Shown here piece after piece: positions 23,831-36,592 of a DNA stretch of 64,000 nt. Origin of the DNA: Octopus sinensis (lineage: Eukaryota); assembly GCF_006345805.1 (NCBI RefSeq), contig NC_043004.1:7812001-7876000 (forward strand), read 5' to 3'. The stretch's first letter is position 1. Each line of letters begins with the position of its first letter. Under the pieces are notes generated by a model that was not told where the DNA came from, searched no databases, and saw only the letters and a list, made by a program, of their open reading frames with translations. A program made the position numbers and the translations under genes.

Positions 23831-26812
23831 TTGAACATCCAGTGAATTCATACATGATATTGAACATCATGCCCTACAATCTCGATGACAACGACCCGTA
23901 GACTGTGCTCAAAGTGCATCCAAGAAATTGACTTCATCAGACTTATCAAAATTTATCTCTGACATAATCATCATCGTCATTTAATGTCCACTTTCCATGC
24001 TAGCATGGGTTGGATGATTTGACTGAGGTCTGGCAAACCAGACTCCAATCTGATCTGACAGAGTTTCTACAGCTGGATGCCCTTCCTAACGCCAGCCACT
24101 CCGAGAGTGTGGTGGGTGCTTTTACGTGCCACCGACACAAGGGCCAGTTTGGTGGTACTGGCAATGGCCATGCCCAAATGGTGCTTTTTACGTGCCACCT
24201 GCACAGGAGCCAGTCCAGTGGTACTGGCAACGACCTCGGTCGAATGTTTCACGTGCCACCAGCAGAAGTGCTAGTAAGGCGACGCGGTAACGATCACGCT
24301 CGAATGGTGTGCTTAACATGCCATAATGAAATTAAAATGTATTTCACAGTCACACACGTCTCGCATTTCTTTTGCAGTTCAGTGTACAAATGAATAAAAC
24401 CTGATGAGTTCTTTAATACTGCAGATCCACACAGGAAACAGGCAACAGTTGCTTGCAACTTAGCAACAGTTTGCCAGTTAGGCTTTTAAAGATGTGCAAG
24501 AATCTTTCCCCAAATTTCCTTGTATCTGGAAAACTTACAGAACTGTTAAAAGAATACCTATTTCTTTACTACCCACAAGGGGCTAAACACAGAGGGGACA
24601 GACAAGGACAGACAGATGGATTAAGTCGATTATATCGACCCCAGTGCGTAACTGGTACTTATTTAATCGACCCTGAAAGGATGAAAGGCAAAGTCGACCT
24701 CAGCAGAATTTGAGCTTAGAACGTAATGGCAGACGAAATACGGCTACGCATTTCGCCCAGCGTGCTAATGGTTCTGCCAGCTTGCCGCATTACTCAAGGT
24801 GCTGCATAATGAAACTGGACTTGAAACCATGTGGCCAAGAAGCAAGCTTCTTCTCAGCCATTGTCATGTCTGAGAAAGAAATACCTGAAGAGTAATCACC
24901 ATTTATATAGCACAACTTGCTTTGACAATGATTCCAACCCTCTTGATTCTGTCTTCTGGTCTTATTGCATCAATGAGAGAAAAATGCTGTTTAGTTTGTT
25001 TATGGTTTGTCAGCTTGCAGTTTCTATTCTTGGTCTGGGCTTTTTACTTCATCTTAGAACAAGATATGTTTGTCTCTCTCTGTGTCATCTGAAAGCAATT
25101 CTCAAAAGAAATTGCCTATGCTGTCTTGTAAGCAACATTGGTGAATTGATTTGTTATAAGAACTATTTTACAAGGAAAATGTTGTATTTTGCGAGACAGC
25201 TTGCTGTTTGTGGTGGTAACAGTGGTAAGTCTAGCACTTGATCCAGTACATGCCTTGGTATTTAGGATATGTTCTTTTATGTGTTGTTTATTACTGTAGT
25301 ATATCAGCTCATATGGGGGGGTTAATGTCATCTGCATTTTCTTTGTTGCCATGATTTAGACAGATTCTGACAGCAGCAGATGGTTGTCCCGATGCAGGTC
25401 TTGTCATTATTTTTCTATGTATCATTACATCTTTGTTTTGACTGCAATTGAAAGCTGCTAAGTCATCATCATCATCATCATCGTTTAACGTCTGCTTTCC
25501 ATGCTGGCATGGGCTAGATGATTTGACTGAGAACTGGTGAACCAGATGACTGCACCAGGTTCCAGTCTGATCTGGCAGAGTTTCTACAGCTGGATGCCCT
25601 TCCTAACGCCAACCACTCCGAGAGTGTAGTGGGTGCTTTTACGTGCCACCGGTATGAGGGCCAGTCAGGTGGTACTGGCAACGACCTTGCTCAAATGTTT
25701 TTTTTCATGTACCACCAGCACAAGTGTTTGTAAGGCAATGTAAGCTGACTTGCAGGCCCCTGCTACATAGTTTCGCACTTGTCATGTGTGGATTATTTTA
25801 AAGAATACAAGAGTCTGGAATATCACTGACATTATAATTCAATGAGTTGGTAGTTCAGTTGATTGAGCAACTGGATTCCCTTCACCAAATCTATCATGGG
25901 ATTCATTTACTTTTATTATTCTGTGTGTGTGTAGCACGTATATCAGTGAAGTATACTTAAGGTGTACTTGGTGTATTCCTTTAAAAATAAAAATCATGAA
26001 ATAAATCATTTACGGAATTTTTATAAATCTTCTGTTTGCAACTTGTTACTGTATCATTTTACGTTCACTTTTTATGATGTTTTGGGGGTAGGCCATCATG
26101 GTTCAAGGCAGTTCTTAACTGCTCTCTCTGAGAGACATTGAAAATAACTACCCTCCTAGAGGATCAGGGGGCCACATCTTGCTTGTGTATTCTATTTTGG
26201 TATAGTTTCTATAGCTGGATACTCTTCCTAACACTAACTGTATCAAATTGGGTTCTGGGTGTGTTTTACTGCAATACCAGGGTCATTCCCGTGGTAAGAT
26301 CAAGTTCTTTTCTATCCTGTATTATCTCTGATTGTCAATCTCTACATTTCAATTGCCCTAGTATTATCCGAGTTAAGCTGTAATCACCAGATAATCTGCA
26401 CAACTTTTACTTAAAATAGAAGTGTGTGACATTGCATATAGTGAGGAGGGAAGCATGAAATTAGAAGTGGCAACTTATAACCGATAACTGCGCTTGCTGG
26501 GTCTTGAATTCATTTATAATACTTGACAAGTCACAACCAGCTAATTAATAGAGATCGTTAAGATGGTTAGTAGCTTGGCATCATAAAGACAATATTTGTG
26601 GTTGATTGTTAAAGAAGAAATGAGGAAGATTAATCTTAAACTGTTTTTGAGTTTTTGTCTGACTATTCATAATCTGCAGCATTCATCAATGAGTGATTAA
26701 AGCTTGAGTGATTAAAGCTTGTTGAGTTTTGAAGACAGACGTAAAAGTGTATCATGGTATTTGTTTTTCCTCAAGTGTAATAATGCTATATTTGAAGTTA
26801 ACCAAAGTAATA

Positions 26813-27677
26813 TGAGGTCTGATCAATTAGTATCCGGACTGTTGCCATAGTAATGAAGCTAAAGCATGCAGAGTGAAGCCACTTGGTCCAGGTTGACCAT
26901 GACCTCTGCTGTGCATGTGCACTAAGTTTTAACATTCTAGCTCACTTCTGCTGTTTACAGCAGTGCTTGGAAGGAACGTGTGTAGCGTGTGACCATCGCA
27001 TTGACTACAACAAAGTTATCATAGCGATACCTGCTCAGGGGCCTATGCAGAGTTGCAGGAAGTGTATAGAGAGAAGTGTATGGGCTGCACACAAGTGTAC
27101 GAGTGGTTCAGATGTTTCCAAGATGGCCGAAAAAATGTCGATAGTGATGAACGTTCTGGAAGACCCGCAACCAGCAGAACTGAGATAAACATCGCAGCTG
27201 TGAGGGGAAATCGTTGAATCACCATCCGTGAGTTATCAGAGGATGTGCAGATTAGTTACGGTTCAGTTCAATCCATTATCACTGAAAGTTTGGGTATGAG
27301 AGGCGTGTCTGTCAAGTTTGTGCCAAAACTGCTTTCAGCTGACCAAAAGGACACTCAGGTTTTAGTTGCACAAGATCTTGATTGTGTCGAGAAGGGTGAA
27401 AACTTTGCGCAGACCCCTGAGTAGGTATCACCAAGCTTTTGGCAAAATTTGATGCAGATTTTCTGCTCAACTTTCTCTGTCATGGTCAATGCGATGAACA
27501 CACGCTACACACCGTCCTTCCAAGCACTACTGTAAACAGTGAAAGTGAGCTAGAACATTAAATCATAGTGCGCATGCACAGCAGAGTTCAAGGTCAATCT
27601 GTGCCAAGCGGTTTTACTCTGCTTGCTTTAGCTTCTTTACTATGGCAGCAGTCTGAATACTTATTGATCAAGCCTCG
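26813..27677 (+). mobile_element. Internally deleted mariner element with ~55-bp TIRs
   Basis: TA|TGAGGTCTGATCAATTAGTATCCGGACTG at the left end and its reverse complement ending 27677; interior encodes VYEWF..F.DGR..V.SDERSGRP and ITIRELSEDVQISYGSVQSII..LGM..V..KFVPKLL; catalytic domain missing. Confidence 0.85.
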
Positions 27678-28465
27678 TGTATATAGCTGGGAATTGAAAC
27701 TGGGTTGTAAGATTTAGCTCTCAGCATTTTACCTTTATGGTTTTATATATCTTTGCATTTCCAAAAGAGTAGAGTACAGCTGAAGCTTCAATTTGTAACA
27801 ATAGAGAGTTTCTTGTTTTTATTATTTTTATTGTGCATTTGTGAAGGTGAAGAACAAGCTCTGGAAAACTTTAAGATAAAAGACTGCAAAATCAGCTTAA
27901 ATTTATATCAGCATGGCTGTGTTTAACAAGCTTACTTCTCAACCATTTTGTCTTGGGTTCAGTCCCGCTGCATGGCACCTTGGGCAGGTGTCTTCTGCTG
28001 TAGACTTGAACCAACCAAATATATATACAACGGGCTTCTTTCAGTTTCTGTCTACTAAATCCATTCACAAGGCTTTGGTCAGCCTGAGGCTATAGTAGAA
28101 AACACTTGCCCAAGGTGTCACGCAGTGGGACTGAACCCGGAACTATGTGGCTGGGAAGCAAGTTTCTTACCACACAGCCAGGCCTGTTGTATATTTATGA
28201 TTTGTCTGTTTTGTTGCGTCCATCCTTTCCGTGGTTCTCCATAGATGTTCGAACCAGCACTGTAAGCTCTCCAACCAAGATTCATACTTCTGGCTCGTCA
28301 CTAATTCCTTTGAGAAGACATAACACAGTGTTGATTTAACCTGTTTCGTTAATCTCTGAAATCAATAAGGGTCATTATGCTTTGATAGTTGTGTTGGTTT
28401 GGTTCACAGAAAAGTCAGATTGTTTCCTTTCTTTGTTGTGTTTGTAGAAGTAGAATAAATATTAG

Positions 28466-28497
<32 letters not shown>

Positions 28498-28609
28498 TTG
28501 TGTGTTTGTGTGCATGCGTGTAATCTTTTACTTTGTGTGTGTTCATTCTTATAAATTTTTTTCTTGATGATTGTAACATACAGAAAAATGCTCGTGTGTG
28601 CATACATGG

Positions 28610-28645
<36 letters not shown>

Positions 28646-28670
28646 GTATGTATATGTATATATATGTATG

Positions 28671-28701
<31 letters not shown>

Positions 28702-29039
28702 GTATGTGTGTATGTTTTTATTTATAGTTGTTGAAGAGAAATTTGAACCAACTGAAAAGAATAAATCTTTAAAAAAAATTCAAATTAAGTGAATAATAAA
28801 AATACTTGTAACCTTCACTGAGGTTTTGTTTATACAATCAATAAGTTGACATCTGTTACTCTGCATATATTTTCCTCTGACATTCAACTATAGCATATCG
28901 ACACAAAAATGTATGTGTGTGTGTGGAGAGAAGTGAAACTTTTTTTTCTTGTCTGTGTAGATATGGAGATTTGAGGCAGAGGCATGAATATCTAACCTGA
29001 TCAAGATTTTCAAGTTTATAATTTAATAAATTCTGACCA

Positions 29040-29395
29040 ACTAATCCTCAGCCACTCGGTCTTTATGGATAAACTGCTGGCATTCTGTTGGTTATGATGA
29101 CGAGCGTTCTAGTTGACTTGATCACTGGAATAGCCTGCTCATGAAATTAACATACAGGTGGCTGAGTACTCCACAAACATGTGTACCCTCAATATAGTTC
29201 TCAGGGAGATTCAGCTTAATACTGAATGTAACAAGGCTGGCCCCTTTGAAAACCAAGTGTAACTTTTGCCAGCTGAGTGGAGTAATGTGAAATAAAGTGT
29301 CTTGCTCAAGGAATCAATGTGCTGCCTAAAATTGAACTCACAACCTTACAATTGGGAACCAAGTACTCTAACTACTAAACTATGTGCCTTCACAA
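29040..29395 (-). mobile_element. Older tRNA-derived SINE (family D, superfamily unassigned)
   Basis: Minus-strand tRNA-like head (TAGTGGTTAGAG...GAGTTCAATT-like) and TTGAGCAAGACACTT body; degenerate. Confidence 0.55.
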
Positions 29396-30226
29396 CAAAT
29401 AAAATATAAGATTAAAACAAACCACATGGTTCCGGGTTCAGTCTCACTGCGTGGCACCTTGGGCAAGTGTCTTCTATAGCCTTGGGCTGACCAAAGCCTT
29501 GTGAGTGGATTTGGTAGAGGGAAACTGAAAGAAGCCCGGCGTATATATTAATATATATGTGTTTGTGTGTCTGTGTGTCCACCCCACCATCGCTTGACAA
29601 CCGATGCTGGTGTATATATGTCCCTGTAACTTAGAGGTTCGGCAAAAGTGAATGATAGAATAAGTACTAGGCTTACAAAGAATAAGTCCTGGGGGTCGAT
29701 TTGTTTGACTAAAGGCGTAAACTAAAGACTGAAACAAGTAAAAGAATAAAAAAGAAAGAATAAAGAATTAAACCAAAGCAAAGTTCTGTGGATATTAGAA
29801 TGTGATCATTCGAATTGTTGCAGAAGTTAAGATGTAGTTTGTTTCTATTTGAAGTGTGTTTAGTGCTGTTGCATGTTTGTCAAGGTCATTCAGGCATTGA
29901 AACAAAAGACGAAGATGTTTTGCTCTTGTTGCCTTCTTTCATCATCATCATCATCGTTTAACGTCCTCTTTCCATGCTAGCATGGGTTGGATGATTTGAC
30001 TGAGGTCTGGCGAACCAGACTCCTATCTGATCTGGCAGAGTTTCTACAGCTGGATGCCTTCCTAATGTCACCCACTCTGAGAGTGTAGTGGGTGCTTTTA
30101 CGTGCCACTGGCATGAGGGCCAGTTTGGTGGTACTGGCAACGGCCATGTTCAAATGGTGCTTTTTATGTGCCACCTGCACAGGAGCCATAGTTGTTTGTT
30201 TTCTATTATTTATCCCCCGCCCACAA

Positions 30227-30452
30227 TAGAAGTTGCTATGTTTAAATTTAGTTTAGCTTCACCTGCTAGAATTAGCAGTCAAATCTCTTTCCAATCATAC
30301 CCTTCGTTCATTTATTCGATTCTCGTTGTGCCTTGTCACCCCAATTCCACAAGACAACGAGAACTGAATGTATAAACGAAGGGTATGATTGGAAAGAAGA
30401 TTCGATTGCCAATTCTGGCAGGTGAAGCTAAACTAAATCTAAACATAGCAAA
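30227..30452. repeat. Foldback MITE
   Basis: GTTGCTATGTTTAAATTTAGTTTAGCTTCACCTGC...ATCATACCCTTCGTT paired with its reverse complement; a single-arm relative lies at ~31700-31780. Confidence 0.75.
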
Positions 30453-32751
30453 CTGTCCTAAAAATAAATCCCCAAAAAACGGTGGAGTCAGTGTCCTAGA
30501 TATTGTGCATGAACAAACAAAATAAATGGATTATCACTGGTGAAATGTGTTCGGTAAGTCTGCTTTATCAAGCATGACAGGAGACTCAACAACAAGTTTT
30601 AAAAGCTCAAACTCCTTCCCATTCTCCTCCCCCTTATCATCATCATCGTTCAATGTCCGTTTTCCATGCTGGCATGGGTTGGATCGTTGGACTCCAGAGC
30701 TGGCAAGATGGAGGGCTGCACTAAGCTCCAGTTTGTCTGTTTTGGCTTGGTTTCTACTGATGGATGCCCTTCCTAATGCCAGGGTGGCACTGGGTGCTTT
30801 TAATATGGCACCCCTGCCTCCTTTGCTTGCTATGTGGCTCCTTTCTTATTCATTATTATCTTTTTAAGTTCATAGGAATGGTTAAGGCAGGATGACTTTG
30901 TGGTATTCATCATCATCATCATCATCATCATTGTTTAGCGTCCGTTTTCCATGCTAGCATGGGTTGGACGGGTCAACTGGGGTCTGTGAAGCTGGAAGGC
31001 TTCGTCAGGCCCAGTCAGATCTGGCAGTGTTTCTACGGCTGGATGCCCTTCCTAACGCCAACCACTCCGCGAGTGTAGTGGGTGTTTTTTACGTGCCACC
31101 TGCACAGGTGCCAGACAGAGCTGGTGAACGGCCACGAACGGATGGTGCTTTTATGTGTCACCGGCTCGGGGCCAGGCGATGCTGGCAACGGACACGAACG
31201 GATGGTGCTTTTACGTGCCACCGACACGGGGCCAGACAGAGCTGGCAACCGGCCACAAACGGACGGTGCTTTTACGTGTCACCGGCACGGGGGCCAGCCG
31301 AGGCTGGCAACGGATGCGAACGGATGGTGCTTTTACGTGCCACCGACACGGTTGCCAGACATGGCCTATTGAATTCTTTGTTTGATTTGAGCATGAGAAC
31401 TAGGTTGTTTGACCATCAGACTTCTAGCAGACAGCTAGTTTTGAACTTCTGGTTTGACCCAGAGAACTATAAAATCAGAACACAGTTGGGGGTTGAACCT
31501 TGGTGGACACTTACCTGCATACTGAGAAAATTGCAAATTTCAGAAGGAAATGAAGTGAAATGTCTTAACCAGGAATTGAACTTGCATCATATACTTTTAC
31601 CTGTCGTGGCATTTATACTGAGTGACATGGTGTAACAGTAAATTATCGACATTTTGTTCATGCGTAATATTGGGGACATTATCTAACCCTATTTCAAGAC
31701 ATAAAGGTATGATTGGAAAGAGATTTGACTGTTAATTCTAGCAGGTCAAGCTAGACTAAATTTAAACATAGAAAACTGCTGCTGTGGGGGAAAGCAATTG
31801 ATATTTCAAACAAGCATTTCATTTATAGTTCACATCAAATTTTCCCATTTCAGAATGGTTGACAGGGATAATTTCTTGTTGTAAATTTAGACATGTTGTA
31901 GTAGTTGTTTTATGTAGACAGGTGCCCCTCTAATAACTGCTAATTATTTGGGTATATAAAGTAGGAATGAATGATGCGAAAACGGTTATATACATTCCTG
32001 CCAGTACCATATTAGTGACTGTTGTAAAGATCAAACTCATGTCTATAGATTAAATTTGTTCCACACCTTAATATCGAGCGTGGTCGTCGCCAGTGCCGCT
32101 GGACTGGCTCATGTGCAGGTGGCACATAAAAAGCATCATTTGGGCGTGGCCATTGCCAGTACCACCAAGCTGGCCCTCGTACCGGTGGCACGTAAAAGCA
32201 CCCACTACACTCTTGGAGTGGTTGGCATTAGGAAGGGCATCCAGCTGTAGAAACTCTGCCTGATCAGATTGGAGTCTGGTTCGCCAGACCTCAGTCAAAT
32301 CGTCCAACCCATGCTAGCATGGAAAGTGGATGTTAAATGATGATGATGGTTGCATTTAAGGTCTAGATTATCACTGAGTACCTGTTACGATTTTAAAAAT
32401 GTGTTGGAAAATTATCGAAGTTTAATACTTTAAAAGTTTTTTTTTTTTATAAATAATTAACTGTTATTAAATCTTTATGAATGACTCTTGAAAATTGATG
32501 CTTTTTTGTGCATTGGGAGGGATAAAGTGAATTGAATTGACTCAGATACACATGTTTGCTGCTTATTTTATTGAGTCTAGAACAAATAAATGAAAGTTTA
32601 ACCGAATCTCCATGGAATTTGAACTCAGGACAGCTGAAAGTTAACCGTGCCAAGTGCTGGAGTCTGATAATCCACTTGTCCTATCATTTTATTGATATTA
32701 ATGAATATTAAGTTTTACTCAGCATTTTTTTTTCTTTCTTTTTAATTATAG

Positions 32752-32874
32752 ATGATTACCATATATATACTATGGAGTTTTGTTGCTTGTTCATTCTTCT
32801 ACGTAGCCCAGGCTTTCTATGTACCTGGAGTGGCTCCAGTTGAGTTTCACAGGGGTCAACCTGTAGAGGTCAAG
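32752..32874 (+). CDS. TM9SF4: TM9SF4 exon 2 (signal peptide, AFYVPGVAPVEFHRGQPVEVK)
   Basis: tatag/gtaagt boundaries; AFYVPGVAP is diagnostic of TM9SF4. Confidence 0.95.
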
Positions 32875-33559
32875 GTAAGTTTTCTATAGTTCTTGTCTTT
32901 GCTACAAACCTTTGTCACAAAGGTTTTGTCTTTCTTGTCTTTGAGATGTTGGTATGATATGTTTTATTGATTTCAAGAAATACCATCCAGTCATACCTTT
33001 TCTTTTAATGCAGCACTCATTTTATAGGATAGTGATTCTATGGCAGTAAGGTTAGGGTGGTGACATACTTACCACATGGTCCTATGTTCACATTGCACCC
33101 TCAGTTGTTGTTGTTGTTGTGTTGTCCCCTTGAGCAAGGCACATTGTTTTGCCCCCCCCCCTCTTTCCAATTTGCTTGATATGTAGGTTTAATTCCTCTT
33201 TTATTGTCAAGTAATTTTAGTGGTAGAAAGGACATGTGCGCTGTCTTTTTAAAGAGACCTGAAGGAAAGCATCCCTCAACATAGACACTTTAACTTGGTA
33301 TCTTCCAGAAGTACCAAGATACTCTTTGTCTTACATATCAAAGAAACCTCTCTCTCTGTATCAGGAGTCCCCAAACTTTTTAGAACATTGACCTCTTCAT
33401 AGAATCCTTGACTCCTTATTGACCTCCCCCCCCCGCCGCCAGGCATGTACAAGAAAATGAATAAATAATACTAATATCGACCACTTTGGAGACCCTTGTT
33501 CTATATAAAAAGCTCACAATTAAAGCCTTCAAATTTGTTGCAAATGATAAACCTTACAA

Positions 33560-33880
33560 TCTTTGATGCTTCCTCATGTCAACCTTACATGGATCACCTT
33601 GCCAAGGCTATGTGCAAAAGATTATATTTCCTTTTCTGGGTTAGGAAATATTTAAACTCTAATAAGTTTCTAACATTCTACAAAGTGTGACCCACTTGCT
33701 GGGGCTTCTTCTAGAAGGTTGTTCACATATTTTGGACACTTCAGCAATTAAACAAATACTTGAGAGCTGTGTTTAAAGGAAGGTCTTCTGAGCTTAATTC
33801 ACCAATATGTGGGTTCAAATCTGCTGTGAGTGTGCTGTTGCTTCTGGGCACAAAGCATTCTACATTGTTTCAACCATTTA
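33560..33880 (+). mobile_element. Degenerate CR1/L2-type LINE RT C-terminal fragment
   Basis: H...MCKRLYFLFWVRKYL...LTFYK motif; a similar relic lies at ~51050-51420. Confidence 0.5.
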
Positions 33881-34213
33881 ATATGCAACAGCTTATCTCG
33901 AAATGCGTCCAGGAAGAGATTTCATGGTGATGGAACCGGAGAGCCAAGCACTTAGCTCTCATTAATCTCACAAAAGATAATGAGTTATTTACATCTTGAG
34001 ACATGCTGAAGAAGCCATAAGGTACAGAAAGCTCTCACGATAGCTCCTCTAATTCTGCTGGCACTTAGAATAATTGTCTTTGAAAAGGTTAGCAAGCAGC
34101 CAGCCATAGAAAACCCTGCCTGTAGATGTCTTGAAACAGTGTTGGGAATGACAGCAAAGGAAAGTATTCTCATTGTTTCATTCAATTATTTTTATTGTAT
34201 CTTTTTTTTTCAG

Positions 34214-34316
34214 GCTGTGAAAATGACAAGTGTAAAGACACAGTTACCTTATGAATATTATTCTTTACCATTCTGTAAACCTCAAGGTGGAGTGGTTTAT
34301 AAAACAGAAAACCTTG
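34214..34316 (+). CDS. TM9SF4: TM9SF4 exon 3 ([23 protein letters not shown]...KTENL+G)
   Basis: cag/gtgagt; conserved [12 protein letters not shown]. Confidence 0.96.
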
Positions 34317-34751
34317 GTGAGTACAGATGACAGATATATTTAAAATAACTCAGCAAAGTTGTGATAGTTTTGTTGTTGTTATAATTGTGTTTAAAGAGGT
34401 GAGATAATGGTGTTGTGGCCTATATATATAAGTTCAGCAAAATTTAGATTCAGATGAATATGGTACTTAAGTTAAAGGTACCAGAATTTTGTATGGTATT
34501 ATCCATATAAATCAAATGGGGTGATTATAGTCAAAATAAGCAACAAGGATATCCAAGGTAGAGTAGTAAAATAGTTTCATGCTACTTCATTTTATTAAAC
34601 ACTGTATTACATCAGTTTTAAAATGTCGGGCAATCTTCAGCCACTTATGGAATTTTCCAATTAAACGGACAATGCACATTCTTATCCCTATTTCATTTGC
34701 CAACATTATAAAGAGGGTAGATATATAGACAGAGAGGTTGATTTCATTCTT

Positions 34752-36000
34752 AATATATATACTGGGTGCAGTGGGTAAATTGTTGTCATATTTTTAATTT
34801 TGTGCATGTGCATCTTTTGTTTTTGATTTTGTTGACTACACAGTATAGTCGAATCAGTTGGACACCGTCTGTGAGAAAAACAGCACCATGATGCAATTCA
34901 CTCTGCCAGAAATTTGGTAACAACATGCTGTACTGCTTGGCATTTGCACTGGAAGCTCCAATATGAACATTCTAGTGCTTGGGTGTCAGCCTGAAGTCAG
35001 TGCTGAGGATTCAGAAAGAGTCGGATGAGTCTAATGTTGATTATGAAGGTACAGCAGCTTTGAAACTCACTCTAATTGTTCTGATAAGAAAAGAACTCTT
35101 GAATTTGTTGGTGAGATCCAGGCCATGATTGACTACAATCCCTCCAAGTCAATCAGGTCCATTGCCAGGGACATAGGAGTGTCTGAGTTTCTTATCAGGC
35201 AGGTAATGCATGAAGACATTTGATGGTCTTCATACAAGATGAAAAAGGGTCAATTTTTATCCCAAGCCATCAAAGACAAGAGGAAAGACTGCGGTATGAA
35301 GCTTTTGAACAAACTCAAGCATCCTCTCCAACCAAACATGCTTTGGTTTTTCTCAGATGAGAAAAATTTTTGCCAGGATCAGATGGCGAACGCACAGAAC
35401 AACCTTTGGTTTGCCGTGTCCCCAAAACATGTACCAAGTGTGATAAAAATCAAACATCCAGTCAACATCATGGTGTTTAGAGTGATCACTAGTGATGGCA
35501 ACATTAAGATTCCATTCATTTTCCCACATGGCTACAGACTCAACTCAGAGGCCTACATCAAGTGCCTAGAGGAGGTAGTGCTGTCCTGGGTGAAGAGGGT
35601 GGCTGCTGAAAGACCCTATGTCTGGCAACAGGACTCTGCACCAATGCCATACAAGCAGGAGAACCCAGTCATGGCTGTCAGACAATTTTTGCAATCACAT
35701 CACCCTAACGTCTGGCCACGTAACTCCCTTGATTATTATGTGTGGGGCACAGTTGAGAAAGAGACCAACAAAACTCTTTGTAACACCAAAGATGAACTGA
35801 AGGTAAGGATTATAACAGCATTCACCAACTTAATCAAGGAGATCGTCCAGAAGAGTTGCAGGAGATTCTGAAGTCGTCTGAAGGCTGTGGTTGAAGCCAA
35901 TGGTGATTTTATTGAATAAATTTAAACATTAGTTTTTCAAATTATTTCTACGTAAGTTTGGTAAATATATCTGTTAAAATGAGATGTCATTGTTATTTCC
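34752..36000 (+). mobile_element. IS630/Tc1/mariner element, probably maT (DD37D) family, degenerate
   Basis: 210-aa ORF 35239-35871 with WFFSDEKNF, VWQQDSAP and WP..LDYYVWG motifs; upstream stops; TA-CTGGGTG start. Confidence 0.85.
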
Positions 36001-36071
36001 ATGTTAATTCCTGTTAACTTGATTTCCACGTTTCAACACACTGTGTATTTATAGTGAAATATATATATATT

Positions 36072-36267
36072 ATATAGAGGGCACTATTATACATAGATGC
36101 CACACGCTGGAAGGGACTCTTAAAGTCAAAACTACTAAAATAAATAAACACATCGTACCGAAACCAATTCTTGAAGCAGGTCATTTTTAAATGTGTTTAT
36201 TTTAGTAGTTTTGACTTTAAGAGTCCCTCCCAGCATGTGGCATCTATGTGTAATAGTGCCCTCTATG
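36072..36267. repeat. Foldback with ~75-bp arms
   Basis: TAGAGGGCACTATTA..CATAGATGCCAC..GACTCTTAAAGTCAAAACTACTAAAATAAA and its reverse complement. Confidence 0.8.
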
Positions 36268-36379
36268 TAATATAAATAAATAAATTTAAAGGGAAAAAAT
36301 TGATGGCATTTTTTCTTTTATGAGGTTTTTCACTCTAACTACTTGATAAATTCTTATGAAGATTTTATCCTATTTTAAA

Positions 36380-36418
<39 letters not shown>

Positions 36419-36497
36419 CAATTGCAGCGTGGAAGGTGTTTGTAAGCCATTCAAGAAACACACAAAAGCTATTTGATTCACTTCAACATTTAAGTTT

Positions 36498-36555
36498 AAT
36501 TTGTCAAAAAAATATTTTCGGCGCTTTAAGACCGCGACCTGTTCACTGACAAAAA
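36498..36555 (-). ncRNA. Variant type I hammerhead motif (G3-C8 core) in an inverted, Penelope-like repeat
   Basis: Minus strand TTTGTCA-GTGAACA-GGTCGC..GCGCC-GAAA-ATATT-T..TGACAAA; an expanded T run disturbs the stem I register. Confidence 0.5.
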
Positions 36556-36592
36556 TCTGTGGTGCATTTTTGTCAGTGAACAGGTCGCGGTC

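Noticed and set aside
28404-28792. Overlapping short ORFs rich in YI/CV/HT
   Set aside because: Translations of (TA)n/(TG)n microsatellites; the same applies at 20077, 38135 and 44193.
30964-31635. 223-aa ORF as a novel gene
   Set aside because: It lies antisense across an RTE tail and its 60-nt minisatellite; overlapping ORFs in several frames are an artefact of the repeat.
33995-34045. Hammerhead-like CTGAAGA...GAAAGCTC
   Set aside because: Stem II is poor and no stem I pairing exists. Similar partial cores at 2388 and 17684 also fail.
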